Numbered from the stretch's first letter, positions 19,801 to 27,632 are shown. The stretch is 64,000 bases of DNA from an uncultured archaeon (GCA_964610875.1 CAZSWP010000018.1:1-64000), one strand, 5' to 3'. Translations and numbers: made by a program. The notes: generated by a model not told the origin, from the letters alone.

Positions 19801-22335
19801 GAAGTCAATGAGGTATGGCACATGAATCATGGTCTGCCAAGGTCGTGTCTTTGTTGGGATGTCCTGCACGATGATTCGCAGGTCCTCACGCCATGGGACC
19901 AGATTACCAAAGCAACGAGGATGGAGAGGGATGTTGTAGAGAATCTCATCGAGGTGATACCGTCGTGGTGAGTCAAAGGGAAGAGGCGAGATACCGTTCC
20001 GCTGGTAGTCTGCTGAGAATCGAGTATGCTGTACTCCCTCATCGATCCAGATGAGATTCGTATTCTTGGTAGGGAGTTGTTCAAGTAGTAGGAGTTCCAG
20101 CCGCTTGAGAAGATATCCCTCAGAAGAGGGAGCAACCTTCTTGAGTTCACTCCACCCATCAAGAATGATTATGTTTTGTTGTTCTTTGTCAATATGTTCT
20201 AGAATCTGCTCCAGTGTATTCTCTGTGTCTGCGAGCAGTTCATCCACTGGAGTTTCCGGAGAGATGAACACGATGTCCTTCAAGATGGCTTGAAGTTCAT
20301 GATATTCTTGCAGAGTCAATTTCTTTTCACCAAGGAGGAAGTCTAAGCCAAATCGACTCTGCACAAGCTGCTCAGAAGAGAAGTCACCAAGGAGGTCTAT
20401 CCAATAGACCTTGATAGGGTCTTCTTCTACCTCTCTGCATTCTCTAATGTGATGGAGGAGATGATAGTTCCGAGACCGATATGCAGCGGTCGTTCCTGAA
20501 GAGGTGGGTGCAGGAATTGATACATAGAGGGTGAAGAACCGTTCGTCTGCAACTCTGTCTTTGAAAGGATTTTCAACAGTTGGAATTGTTGGTTCAGCAA
20601 GGTCTTGTAGCAGATAAATGGGACCTCTTGAGGGCAGAGTGAGTAATGCAACACGTTCTTTGATAGTATAAGAAGATGGAGCATCTTCTGTGGGGCATTC
20701 TCCTACTTCTAGCTTCTTACTGATAGCTTCCAGAATCCTTTGGAAATCATCAAAGACATCCTCTGGTGACTGGTCCGTGTCCAGTATGATAATGCCTTTC
20801 CAGAGAAACATGGGTGGAGTCATGTCTGAATCCATTATGTCACCGTATTCATCTAGCAATAGGTTCTCATAGGCGCGGAGTTGGTCAATGTGCTCCTTAT
20901 CAGGTGGCGAGATTAGTAATGTGTCCCATTCCCCTTGTGTCAGTCCTCGCTTCCAGACATGGGACACTGGAACATAGTCGTCCTTGGTCTTACTCCCAAT
21001 CTTCTTACCAAAAATATTGAATTCAAACCCCGTCTTGGTCTTGACCTCTAAGACCATGACCGGAGTCCAGATGCACCTCTTGCCCACCTTTCGTCTGATG
21101 AAGAATGTTAGGTCTACCTGTCCCTGTCTGTTCTTGAGAGGGAGTTCTCCCACAACTAGGACGGATGAAGGTGTATCCATCATTTTATCTCCTGCAAAGA
21201 CGACCTGTTTCAGGGACTTGGGATGATGCAGGGCTGAGAGGAGGACACGATGCCAGCGAGTTCCCTCCTCTGAACTCAACTGGAGCATTTGCTTTGTGAG
21301 CTTCTCCACATCTCGATCATGGAGGATACCCTGATCTATCAGATTGAGAATATGGCAATGCTGTTTCTTCTGTTCCTCGTTATCAGAGTTCTCTAGACTT
21401 GCTTCTATGATACTCTTGAGATAGTCAAGCGAGTACTCCGGTTCATCATCAAGACTGGCAGTGATGGATCTCCTCTCTCCGATATGCCGCCCATAGAGTG
21501 CCCGTAACTCAAGAATGATGTCCCAAAGAATCTTACGGGCATCTTTGATAAAGTAGGGTTTTCCATCTTTGCCTTCCGTGTAGACCCAGTCAAGATAGGG
21601 TCGAAGCTTGAGAATGAGGCGTCTGATATAGCGATGAGCCTCCGTACGAGGGACATTGTGGATGAAGCACTGACGGCAAAGCTCGTACACGTGACACCTG
21701 ATCATATCAACAAAGTCAAGACTGGGAAGGGTGGGATGAGCGAGAAAGACCTGTGGTGTCGTGGAAGTGCCACTGTAGCCTGCTTTCCAGTAGACCTTGA
21801 CATTCTCATCCACACTTGGTTTTACGTGTTCATACTCTCCAGTCTGTTTCAGACTGTCGATGAGTTCCTTGGCATAGACCTTGTATGAACCGTCAGGATA
21901 CCTCCAGATTTGAAAGAACCGAGGTTCAGGAAAGGGATACCTGGTCATAGCGAGCTCTCGAAGCCGTGCCCCAGCGTAATTGAGCAATGCATTGAGAGGC
22001 CCTACTGTACCTTTTGCCCAATCATAGACCCTCTTTCGTTCCTTGTTTCCATAGGGGACTGTACTCATCCAGAGAAATTGAAGGAACGTTTTGCGGATAT
22101 TTGCTTCCTTCTTACTCAAAGGAAAATAGTCGGGCCTTATGCCTTCTTGTTCGTCTAGTGTGTGCCGAACTTCATTCCACATCTTGTAGATGGACTTTCT
22201 TATACTCCGATACTGATGTTTGGTTCGGGACTCGATTATCTTCACTAATCCCCGAATGCCCTTGTAGGACGCCCGTGTAAGGACCACATTTGGTCGGAAC
22301 GCTCGCGCTATTCTTCCCATTCTTATTCTGTACAA
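16819..22335 (-). CDS. Giant (1838 aa) element-encoded protein with PD-(D/E)XK nuclease motifs and a degenerate P-loop-like region
   Basis: Long uninterrupted ORF. It contains GELPL..GQVDL..VLEVKTK..QLRAY, then APTSSGTT / YWIDL / IIILDGW. A homolog lies at 61271-64000. The start may be the ATG at 22320. Confidence 0.8.
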   Translation of the reverse strand: MYRIRMGRIARAFRPNVVLTRASYKGIRGLVKIIESRTKHQYRSIRKSIYKMWNEVRHTLDEQEGIRPDYFPLSKKEANIRKTFLQFLWMSTVPYGNKERKRVYDWAKGTVGPLNALLNYAGARLRELAMTRYPFPEPRFFQIWRYPDGSYKVYAKELIDSLKQTGEYEHVKPSVDENVKVYWKAGYSGTSTTPQVFLAHPTLPSLDFVDMIRCHVYELCRQCFIHNVPRTEAHRYIRRLILKLRPYLDWVYTEGKDGKPYFIKDARKILWDIILELRALYGRHIGERRSITASLDDEPEYSLDYLKSIIEASLENSDNEEQKKQHCHILNLIDQGILHDRDVEKLTKQMLQLSSEEGTRWHRVLLSALHHPKSLKQVVFAGDKMMDTPSSVLVVGELPLKNRQGQVDLTFFIRRKVGKRCIWTPVMVLEVKTKTGFEFNIFGKKIGSKTKDDYVPVSHVWKRGLTQGEWDTLLISPPDKEHIDQLRAYENLLLDEYGDIMDSDMTPPMFLWKGIIILDTDQSPEDVFDDFQRILEAISKKLEVGECPTEDAPSSYTIKERVALLTLPSRGPIYLLQDLAEPTIPTVENPFKDRVADERFFTLYVSIPAPTSSGTTAAYRSRNYHLLHHIRECREVEEDPIKVYWIDLLGDFSSEQLVQSRFGLDFLLGEKKLTLQEYHELQAILKDIVFISPETPVDELLADTENTLEQILEHIDKEQQNIIILDGWSELKKVAPSSEGYLLKRLELLLLEQLPTKNTNLIWIDEGVQHTRFSADYQRNGISPLPFDSPRRYHLDEILYNIPLHPRCFGNLVPWREDLRIIVQDIPTKTRPWQTMIHVPYLIDFSRRFRGSSRRDGHITEADVRREVHTQRNMYARETRLISIQSSIERLTRERHVEMLTSTEDLIPSLGRPRSEEEVFDETIEEKIPFVSHEVVASSSQTLMQRVRFCSDRPPPESPRSSKTHSSANKITRRWFYERTPRKVLTENEDGTIWTHCRPPSTPSSLYFSLDTVASRLWEIRRIYSAAQYLLERLLPKGIQSTCEKIVSLCKSILSSIKGTGRHDSKQLLQVLYEIQEIILSEDTLVPLWETLRPQRKALFHLLNSDHRQALEGTLEKHPDLFLLYGNNLFLLVCAVIQQEDDDDLQSALGETLWEAVTGWTLYQMGLRSDTENIEAKYDLYAIHRDLEWRKRILMQLHIEHSLRTSSRAGHIIWLEEGNLSAAILVVPHTSHGYLTGCITGLLGPWLSEGWSRCETDPAVLNEMAQGALGVSQRTDVLITEVEQHRILWLYLEEEDTWTPYVFEHSTLNREHGIVPWIKLSNPFVVPSLSLENLHLPVVGKTSSQQIDTELLRLVQLKKEVIPVTLTVALDEEWEEYVIDFETTEGDVQERITDTDELVSVLRRPISRGVGYETTIGYLSWDHRSDITYDGSLTFLIPLVKRSWFLRDLYQYPTTCHELLSMQEVAPVTMKLDAVDDWYNEVRISITGVSSTSSLAPYDGVVLSLFEAGLLVETTRLFDTKNQLFHEVKWDVRGLLGVEDYHLRSYPRLQESVRSVHPDDFDWTRNSWNLQVSLSKTAINWHVVSLTTGKIWMNNLYSFQLDPTRDLESILAEFQEVVSSVVDILHLENVETVFGSLREDLICRGWSETPPQCIGEISGSAGDYTLTIRRWEEDGTEVKIYCHSFTETDCEALIEAMEEEGSEIGQYLLLNETELTERLAGISELYKTERESREDSAAEEDVLSREDVHYREVQLCTDRTTKMRYIEAVFETTTGDVVGVRVIPPFSPPTGDLISPVTVSSDITSALESYGIADREHGAIEEDVIQLMKKVGFRFGEW

Positions 22336-22508
22336 TACCTTGTTCTTATTTACTTATAAGTAATAGTACTTTTATTAAGAAACCATAATATAGAGTTTAA
22401 AACATTATAATCACTCAAAATCAAAAAATAAGTTCTCATAATATTCTAATCTTGATAACTTTATAACTAAATATGACAATATAACCCCTGCTATAGAATA
22501 GAGAGTGG
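22336..22508. promoter_or_regulatory. AT-rich divergent promoter region (cargo / tnpB)
   Basis: Very AT-rich spacer inside a GC-richer element, with TATA-like CTTATAAG (~22353) and TTTATAA (~22460). Confidence 0.55.
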
Positions 22509-24704
22509 ATGACGATGAAGCAAGACTCACCCCGGTGTCATCTCCGGGTGCAGAAGGAGGAATCTCCGAAGCAGAAGACAATAGATGACAACTTTATAAC
22601 TGATTCATCGACGTCCGAAGAGAACAGACCACTGAAGACCGGGTTGAAATACCTTGTAGAGTCCTTCACACTCTGTTCTATTGATCGTGAAGTGAACAAG
22701 AAGGGGAAGATAAAGCGACCTGGTCCTCGCTTTCGTCGAAAGACAAGAGCTCATGACATCCAGACTCCTTTCGAGCAAGCTACTGGGAGAAAAGTCCAGA
22801 ACCCCGACCTATCCCTATTAGGTTCTTACTTTGAGAAGTATGTTGAGTTAGTGAATCTTGTCCTTGAGCGAGTGTATTCTCATCAGGGAAGGATTGATGC
22901 TCTAGGGGAGGAGCTGCATTCCTATCGTGGTCAGGGGTATGTCCTGTTGAAGAAAGAGGAATACCTCACCTATAGCCGCAATGAAGAGGTCAAGGCCCAG
23001 TGCTTTGAACGCATGTATCGCAATGTCTTGGAACAGGCTGCGAGGGTCATTCATTCGAACTGGATGCGAAGACAGTTGATGCTCAGTGCTATTACTTCTA
23101 TCAAAGAGGATAGAGACATCGTGCTGTCTTTCTTGAAGAACAAGTACATCCCAGCTAAGTTGGCAAAGGTGGTGCGTGAGAGTTGCGAGTGTGTCAAGAA
23201 CAATGGTTCAGGATATTACTACTCCCTGTCTGTATTGAAGCAGCTCAGGAAAAGGATAGATGAACACATCCTCTCAGAGCGAGGAGAACCCCTTGGCTCT
23301 CGAAAGTCCCAGCGAAGACGAGTGAGTGGCTATCTCAGAGATACTACTGAAGGTGCTGGTGTTCTTGCCAGTGTTGATGCCCTCTTACAGGAGTTTATTG
23401 AGAGTGGATATTCCTTTGAAACGCCAAGGATGTTCTCCTATACCGGGGATTTCTCAGCTTCCACAGAGAACAGTCCCGGACAGGGCTACTGGTACTCACG
23501 GGACCCTGAGAAGGAGCATGAGATATTCTTCTTCCTCAAACTCCCCGAACCCCTTGAAGGTACAGAACAAATGGGTTCACCCTATAGAACAAACACACTT
23601 CCTTTCCGATTTCTCAATTGGTTACCACGAGCTGCAAAGAGGGACAGAGAGAAGGCAAAATTAGCTGATAAAGAAGGGAAATCACTTCGAGCCAGGAAGC
23701 TCAGGTTTCGAGCACGAAGGTTCGAGGACATGCAGCAACAGCTTATCAACACCATTGAGCTCCAACATGCGACCTATCAACTTGCACGGTTGCAGTCCAG
23801 ACGAGTGAAGGACACTGAAAAGATCAAGATACTACAGGAGAAGATAGACGGACTTCGAGAAGCACGGACCTGTGGCCCGCCAAGACTTCTTCTTCGTGGA
23901 CACCGAGTAGAACTCCAGATTCCTTTCTTACCACCAACCAGAGAGATGCTGGATGATGAACTTGGGACAACCCGGACCTATCACAGGCGAGCAGGTGCAG
24001 ACCGGGGTGTCCGAGTCCCCATTGTCCTCTCTGTACGGAATGGCGAGGGGGAGTTTGTGGATGAGCTTGTGGCTTGTGATGAACTACTCCAGAAACGGGA
24101 CCTCCTCAGGGAGCAGACCAAAGCCCTGAGCTCACAAGTCAAACGGATGCGGAACAACTGGGACCGCAAGTACCCTGACCATTCTCGTTCCTATCCCGAC
24201 CACCTGTTGAAGAAGGAACGACACCTTACAGCAATCTGGAGAAAGATTCGCAGACTCGATAGAGAGATAGCTCGTCAGGTGGCAAGTCAGACGGTCTGGT
24301 TCTGTGAGATGCACGGAGTGAAGATGCTGTACTTCGAGAACCTCAAGAACTACACACCTGCCGCCGGGTATGGAAATCTGTCATGGCGATTGAGCTCAAA
24401 CCTCTGGTCAAAGGTTCTGGATACGGTCAGGTACATGCGCCAGTCCCTCGGACACAAGTATGGAGGGATATGGACCGTGAGTCCGGCATGGACCTCTCAG
24501 AAGTGTCATGTCTGCGGAGAGCGAGGCATTCGCGTAGAAAAACCGGATGCCACAGATGAATACAGAGGAGGAGAGTTCTTCCATTGTGAAAATTGTGGAT
24601 GCAGAATCCATGCGGATGTCAATGCCGCACGAAACATCATTGATGTGAAGTTCAAGACACCCAGTGCCGTTTCTGGGCAGACAACACTAGACCCCCATGT
24701 CTAG
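22509..24704 (+). CDS. tnpB: Large TnpB/Cas12-like RuvC RNA-guided nuclease (731 aa)
   Basis: RuvC-I GADRG, RuvC-II YFENL, Zn finger TSQKCHVCG..CENCG and RuvC-III HADVNAARNI. It lies at the right end of an IS607-like element. Confidence 0.9.
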   Translation: MTMKQDSPRCHLRVQKEESPKQKTIDDNFITDSSTSEENRPLKTGLKYLVESFTLCSIDREVNKKGKIKRPGPRFRRKTRAHDIQTPFEQATGRKVQNPDLSLLGSYFEKYVELVNLVLERVYSHQGRIDALGEELHSYRGQGYVLLKKEEYLTYSRNEEVKAQCFERMYRNVLEQAARVIHSNWMRRQLMLSAITSIKEDRDIVLSFLKNKYIPAKLAKVVRESCECVKNNGSGYYYSLSVLKQLRKRIDEHILSERGEPLGSRKSQRRRVSGYLRDTTEGAGVLASVDALLQEFIESGYSFETPRMFSYTGDFSASTENSPGQGYWYSRDPEKEHEIFFFLKLPEPLEGTEQMGSPYRTNTLPFRFLNWLPRAAKRDREKAKLADKEGKSLRARKLRFRARRFEDMQQQLINTIELQHATYQLARLQSRRVKDTEKIKILQEKIDGLREARTCGPPRLLLRGHRVELQIPFLPPTREMLDDELGTTRTYHRRAGADRGVRVPIVLSVRNGEGEFVDELVACDELLQKRDLLREQTKALSSQVKRMRNNWDRKYPDHSRSYPDHLLKKERHLTAIWRKIRRLDREIARQVASQTVWFCEMHGVKMLYFENLKNYTPAAGYGNLSWRLSSNLWSKVLDTVRYMRQSLGHKYGGIWTVSPAWTSQKCHVCGERGIRVEKPDATDEYRGGEFFHCENCGCRIHADVNAARNIIDVKFKTPSAVSGQTTLDPHV

Positions 24705-25125
24705 CTTTGTCTAGGTTACAATCAACGGTTCTACCTAACTCTCTACACTTCTCAAGCATCTCTTCATTAGGATAATCTTTTACCTTAACCGGCTGTCCGT
24801 CAATGAGTAAAGCATCTACATTCTGAAGCGCATCAGCAATCTCATCGGGAGCTTCTCCACTCCACCCATATGAACCAAATGCTGCAGCTCTAATACCTTT
24901 TAGTGATGTCATCTTCGATAATATTTGTTTAATCTTTGGAAGAGGTCTCTTCATCCGCGTTGAACTTCCCATAGCAATAGCGCATGCATCATCGAGGTCT
25001 GTATAGTCTTTTGCCTCTATAAGAACACATTCCTTCCCAGATGCAGTTACTCCTTCGCACACTGCTTCAGCCATTGTCTTTGTTCTACCTCGTGTTGACT
25101 CATAGATCACATTTACCTTTGACAT
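24652..25125 (-). CDS. Flavodoxin-like (FprA C-terminal-like) protein, 3' end interrupted by the element
   Basis: Motifs VIYESTRGRT, AFGSYGWSGEA and EKCRELGR. Its native last codons lie at 16130-16149, and the current tail is element-derived. Confidence 0.85.
   Translation of the reverse strand: MSKVNVIYESTRGRTKTMAEAVCEGVTASGKECVLIEAKDYTDLDDACAIAMGSSTRMKRPLPKIKQILSKMTSLKGIRAAAFGSYGWSGEAPDEIADALQNVDALLIDGQPVKVKDYPNEEMLEKCRELGRTVDCNLDKARHGGLVLSAQKRHWVS
24660..24748 (+). ncRNA. Predicted omegaRNA 3' scaffold (to 24728) plus flank-derived guide; 5' extent unknown
   Basis: Hairpin CCCAG/CTGGG whose loop CCGTT is complementary to the terminal AACGG (pseudoknot). A second hairpin is AGACAA-ca-CTAGAC/GTCTAG-ct-TTGTCT. 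Two other copies show compensatory changes. Confidence 0.65.
24697..24717 (-). repeat. Right subterminal repeat (two 10-bp units)
   Basis: A-TGTCTAGCTT-TGTCTAGGTT, inverted relative to 16169-16189. Confidence 0.8.
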
Positions 25126-25174
25126 AATCTGTAGATGATTATGCATGTAACTAAAGATTTCTGAATGGAATTTT

Positions 25175-25873
25175 TTGTACAATTGTGTGAAAATGTCAGG
25201 CGATATTGACCTTCTCAAAAAGAAAGCTGGTATTGTATGTGAACTTCTCATTGATAATTATGGTGATAAAATAGTAGAGCGAAAACTACCTCCTATTGAT
25301 GAACTCATTCTCACAATACTGAGTCAGAATACTAACGATGTCAATATGTTCCGTGCTTTTAAATCTCTCAAGGAAAAATATGTTGACTGGAATGAAGTAC
25401 TCAATGCACCTGAGGAAGAGATTGGACAAGCCATAGTTTCATCGGGGTTTTTCAGAGTGAAGGCAAAACGAATCAAGGCAACTCTACAAGAGATTATGAA
25501 GCGGAGAGGATCATTAGACATCGCATTTCTAGAAGACATGCCTGTTGAAGAAGCTACTGAATGGCTTACTTCTCTCCATGGAGTTGGTCCAAAGACTGCG
25601 GCAATAGTCCTACTATTTTGTTTTGAAAAGTCTACTTTACCAGTAGATACACATGTGTGGCGATTGAGTAAGAGATTGGGCTTAGTACCAAAGAGAACTA
25701 GTAGGGAGAAAACTCAGACACTACTTGAGAGTCTTATTCCTCCCAAGTGTATCTTCTCACTTAATCATAATCTTATCAAACATGGACGAACAATCTGCAA
25801 AGCACGAACCCCTCTATGTGAAGATTGTTTTCTTCAGAGTTTATGTAGGTATTACAGTGAAAAGAGCAGATAA
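25175..25873 (+). CDS. nth: Endonuclease III (HhH-GPD glycosylase)
   Basis: Motifs ILSQNT, LHGVGPKTA, PVDTHV and the FeS motif CKARTPLCEDCFLQSLC. Confidence 0.9.
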   Translation: MYNCVKMSGDIDLLKKKAGIVCELLIDNYGDKIVERKLPPIDELILTILSQNTNDVNMFRAFKSLKEKYVDWNEVLNAPEEEIGQAIVSSGFFRVKAKRIKATLQEIMKRRGSLDIAFLEDMPVEEATEWLTSLHGVGPKTAAIVLLFCFEKSTLPVDTHVWRLSKRLGLVPKRTSREKTQTLLESLIPPKCIFSLNHNLIKHGRTICKARTPLCEDCFLQSLCRYYSEKSR

Positions 25874-25893
25874 AACAATTCTGAAATGTTCAA

Positions 25894-27285
25894 ATGAAGG
25901 ATAAAGAAGTCTGTGACATCAACACCTTCAAATGCAGCATTACTCAGATTGTTATCTATAGTAAATACTCCGGAGGCCGAAAGCATTTGCTAGGACCACT
26001 TTTTCTGATTGGTGCGGCATTAGTCTTCTCCTTTATTGGTGCGGTTGTAATGAAGCGTCTTGGGATACCACAGATTTTGGGTTTCATGCTCGCAGGAATT
26101 TTTCTTGGACTATTCGGGGTGTTTACTGATGAAACATGGTCCAATCTCTTTCCCCTTGTAGATCTAGCTCTTGGCCTTATTGGATACAATATCGGTTTGG
26201 AAATAAGAAAAGATGTCTTTAGTGGTAAAATTCGTCAGATGAGTACCATCCTAATTCTAGAATCCATCATGACTTTTATCATAGTAACACTCCTAGCAAA
26301 TTGGATTCTTGGACAATGGCATCTGGCAATTGTATTTGGGGCACTAGCTTCGGCGACTGATCCTGCATCAACCGTGATGGTGATTTGGGAGCGCCACTGC
26401 AAAGGAGACCTCACCGATACACTGATGTTTGTGCTTGCACTTGACGATGTTGTAGCAATAGTTTTGGCCAATATTTCTATCTCTCTAGCTATAATGTACT
26501 ATGCTGCACCAGGTACCGTAGTACTGTTGGATATAGGATTATTCATTTTCTATGATATTGGAGTTTCAGCTTTAATTGGTGGTATCCTAGGAGTCGCCAT
26601 GGTCGTATTCATCAATAGAGAAAATGACAGAAGTCGACTTCTTGAGCTCGAACTTGGTATGATTGTTCTCCTTGTTGGAATCATGGTTTGGTTGGAGATC
26701 AGTTCAATTCTAGCTTGTATGGTATTTGGTTTCGTTGTTGGTAATTATGTGAAACCAGAAAAGGACCCGATCAACCACACACTGAAGACAGTGATGTCTC
26801 CTATTGTTATGTTCTTCTTTGTATATGTTGGTGCTTCGATTGACCTCACTTATATTGTGGGTGGAGTAGTCATCATTCTCGTCATTGTATATGTCTTGGG
26901 GCGGAGTACAGCAAAATATGCAGGAGCCTATATTGGAGGTCATATTACAAATACACCTTTTTTGACCAAGAAATATCTAGGATCGTGTCTAATGTCTCAA
27001 GCAGGCGTTGCCGTTGGTCTGGCCCTTGTTATTGAAGGCTATTTTTCTGAGTTGGGATCTGAAGCGGTAGCTGCAGGAGCTCTCATTCTGAATGTGGTTG
27101 CTTTGACCACTATGATTCTTCAGGTCTTTGGACCTTTATTTGCCAGTATTGGATTGCGGAGAGCAGGAGAATATCCAGACGATCTTGATGTTGATTTATC
27201 TGATTGTGTGGAAACAACACTTCCCGAAGATGCAAAAAATGTTGGAAGTAAATCTTATTCTGAAATAGATGATTTTGAAGTTTAA
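25894..27285 (+). CDS. Cation:proton antiporter (CPA2/Kef-like)
   Basis: About 12 TM helices, with ATDPAST, ALDD, FFVYVG and QAGVAVGL. Confidence 0.85.
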   Translation: MKDKEVCDINTFKCSITQIVIYSKYSGGRKHLLGPLFLIGAALVFSFIGAVVMKRLGIPQILGFMLAGIFLGLFGVFTDETWSNLFPLVDLALGLIGYNIGLEIRKDVFSGKIRQMSTILILESIMTFIIVTLLANWILGQWHLAIVFGALASATDPASTVMVIWERHCKGDLTDTLMFVLALDDVVAIVLANISISLAIMYYAAPGTVVLLDIGLFIFYDIGVSALIGGILGVAMVVFINRENDRSRLLELELGMIVLLVGIMVWLEISSILACMVFGFVVGNYVKPEKDPINHTLKTVMSPIVMFFFVYVGASIDLTYIVGGVVIILVIVYVLGRSTAKYAGAYIGGHITNTPFLTKKYLGSCLMSQAGVAVGLALVIEGYFSELGSEAVAAGALILNVVALTTMILQVFGPLFASIGLRRAGEYPDDLDVDLSDCVETTLPEDAKNVGSKSYSEIDDFEV

Positions 27286-27326
27286 GCCGTTCATTTTATG
27301 ATACATTCAAATCATATCTAAGAATC

Positions 27327-27620
27327 ATGCCAGAAATAACCTGTATCAGAGAGAAACCATGGGATATTCAGTGTCGTGTAATAAAACAGGATGGAACATG
27401 TGCCATAGGACATAATATTGGTGATGAAGTCGTCTTCACCTCTGTTTCAATTAATGGAAAGATATGCATACATGCACTTTATTCGATGATGCCTAAAGTG
27501 GTAGCTATGATGCATAATGCGATATTCCCATGGCTAGAAGACCAGTGCAAAGTAACCCATGCATGTCCTGACGGATTCAATCCAGTCATATTTGAGTTGA
27601 AACGTATAGAACCAGAATGA
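27327..27620 (+). CDS. TIGR04076-like small Cys protein
   Basis: Pattern GTCAIGH..GD..GKICIHAL..ACPD...VIFEL. Confidence 0.75.
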   Translation: MPEITCIREKPWDIQCRVIKQDGTCAIGHNIGDEVVFTSVSINGKICIHALYSMMPKVVAMMHNAIFPWLEDQCKVTHACPDGFNPVIFELKRIEPE

Positions 27621-27632
27621 GTAGGGCTAGGT

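Larger units (their letters stand above)
16150..24728 (+). mobile_element. ~8.6-kb IS607-related composite element: TnpA + giant nuclease-like cargo + large TnpB
   Basis: GGTT occurs at both junctions (16148-16151 and 24727-24730). Rejoining the flanks restores the flavodoxin C-terminus ELGRTLADSC*. It has subterminal inverted repeats, end motifs shared with three other loci, and a visibly higher GC content than its flanks. Confidence 0.92.

Noticed and set aside
22509-24704. Fanzor/pro-Fanzor assignment
   Set aside because: The RuvC-II glutamate sits in the canonical FENL position. Size alone is insufficient without a phylogeny.
16148-24730. GGTT as a DDE-type target-site duplication with terminal inverted repeats
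   Set aside because: The only mobility enzyme is a serine recombinase, and the same GG(TT) occurs at all copies. That fits a shared crossover core, not a variable TSD. The inverted repeats are subterminal.
22509-24760. Type V CRISPR-Cas (Cas12) locus
   Set aside because: I saw no repeat-spacer array or cas1/cas2 nearby. The gene abuts a transposon right end, as expected for TnpB.
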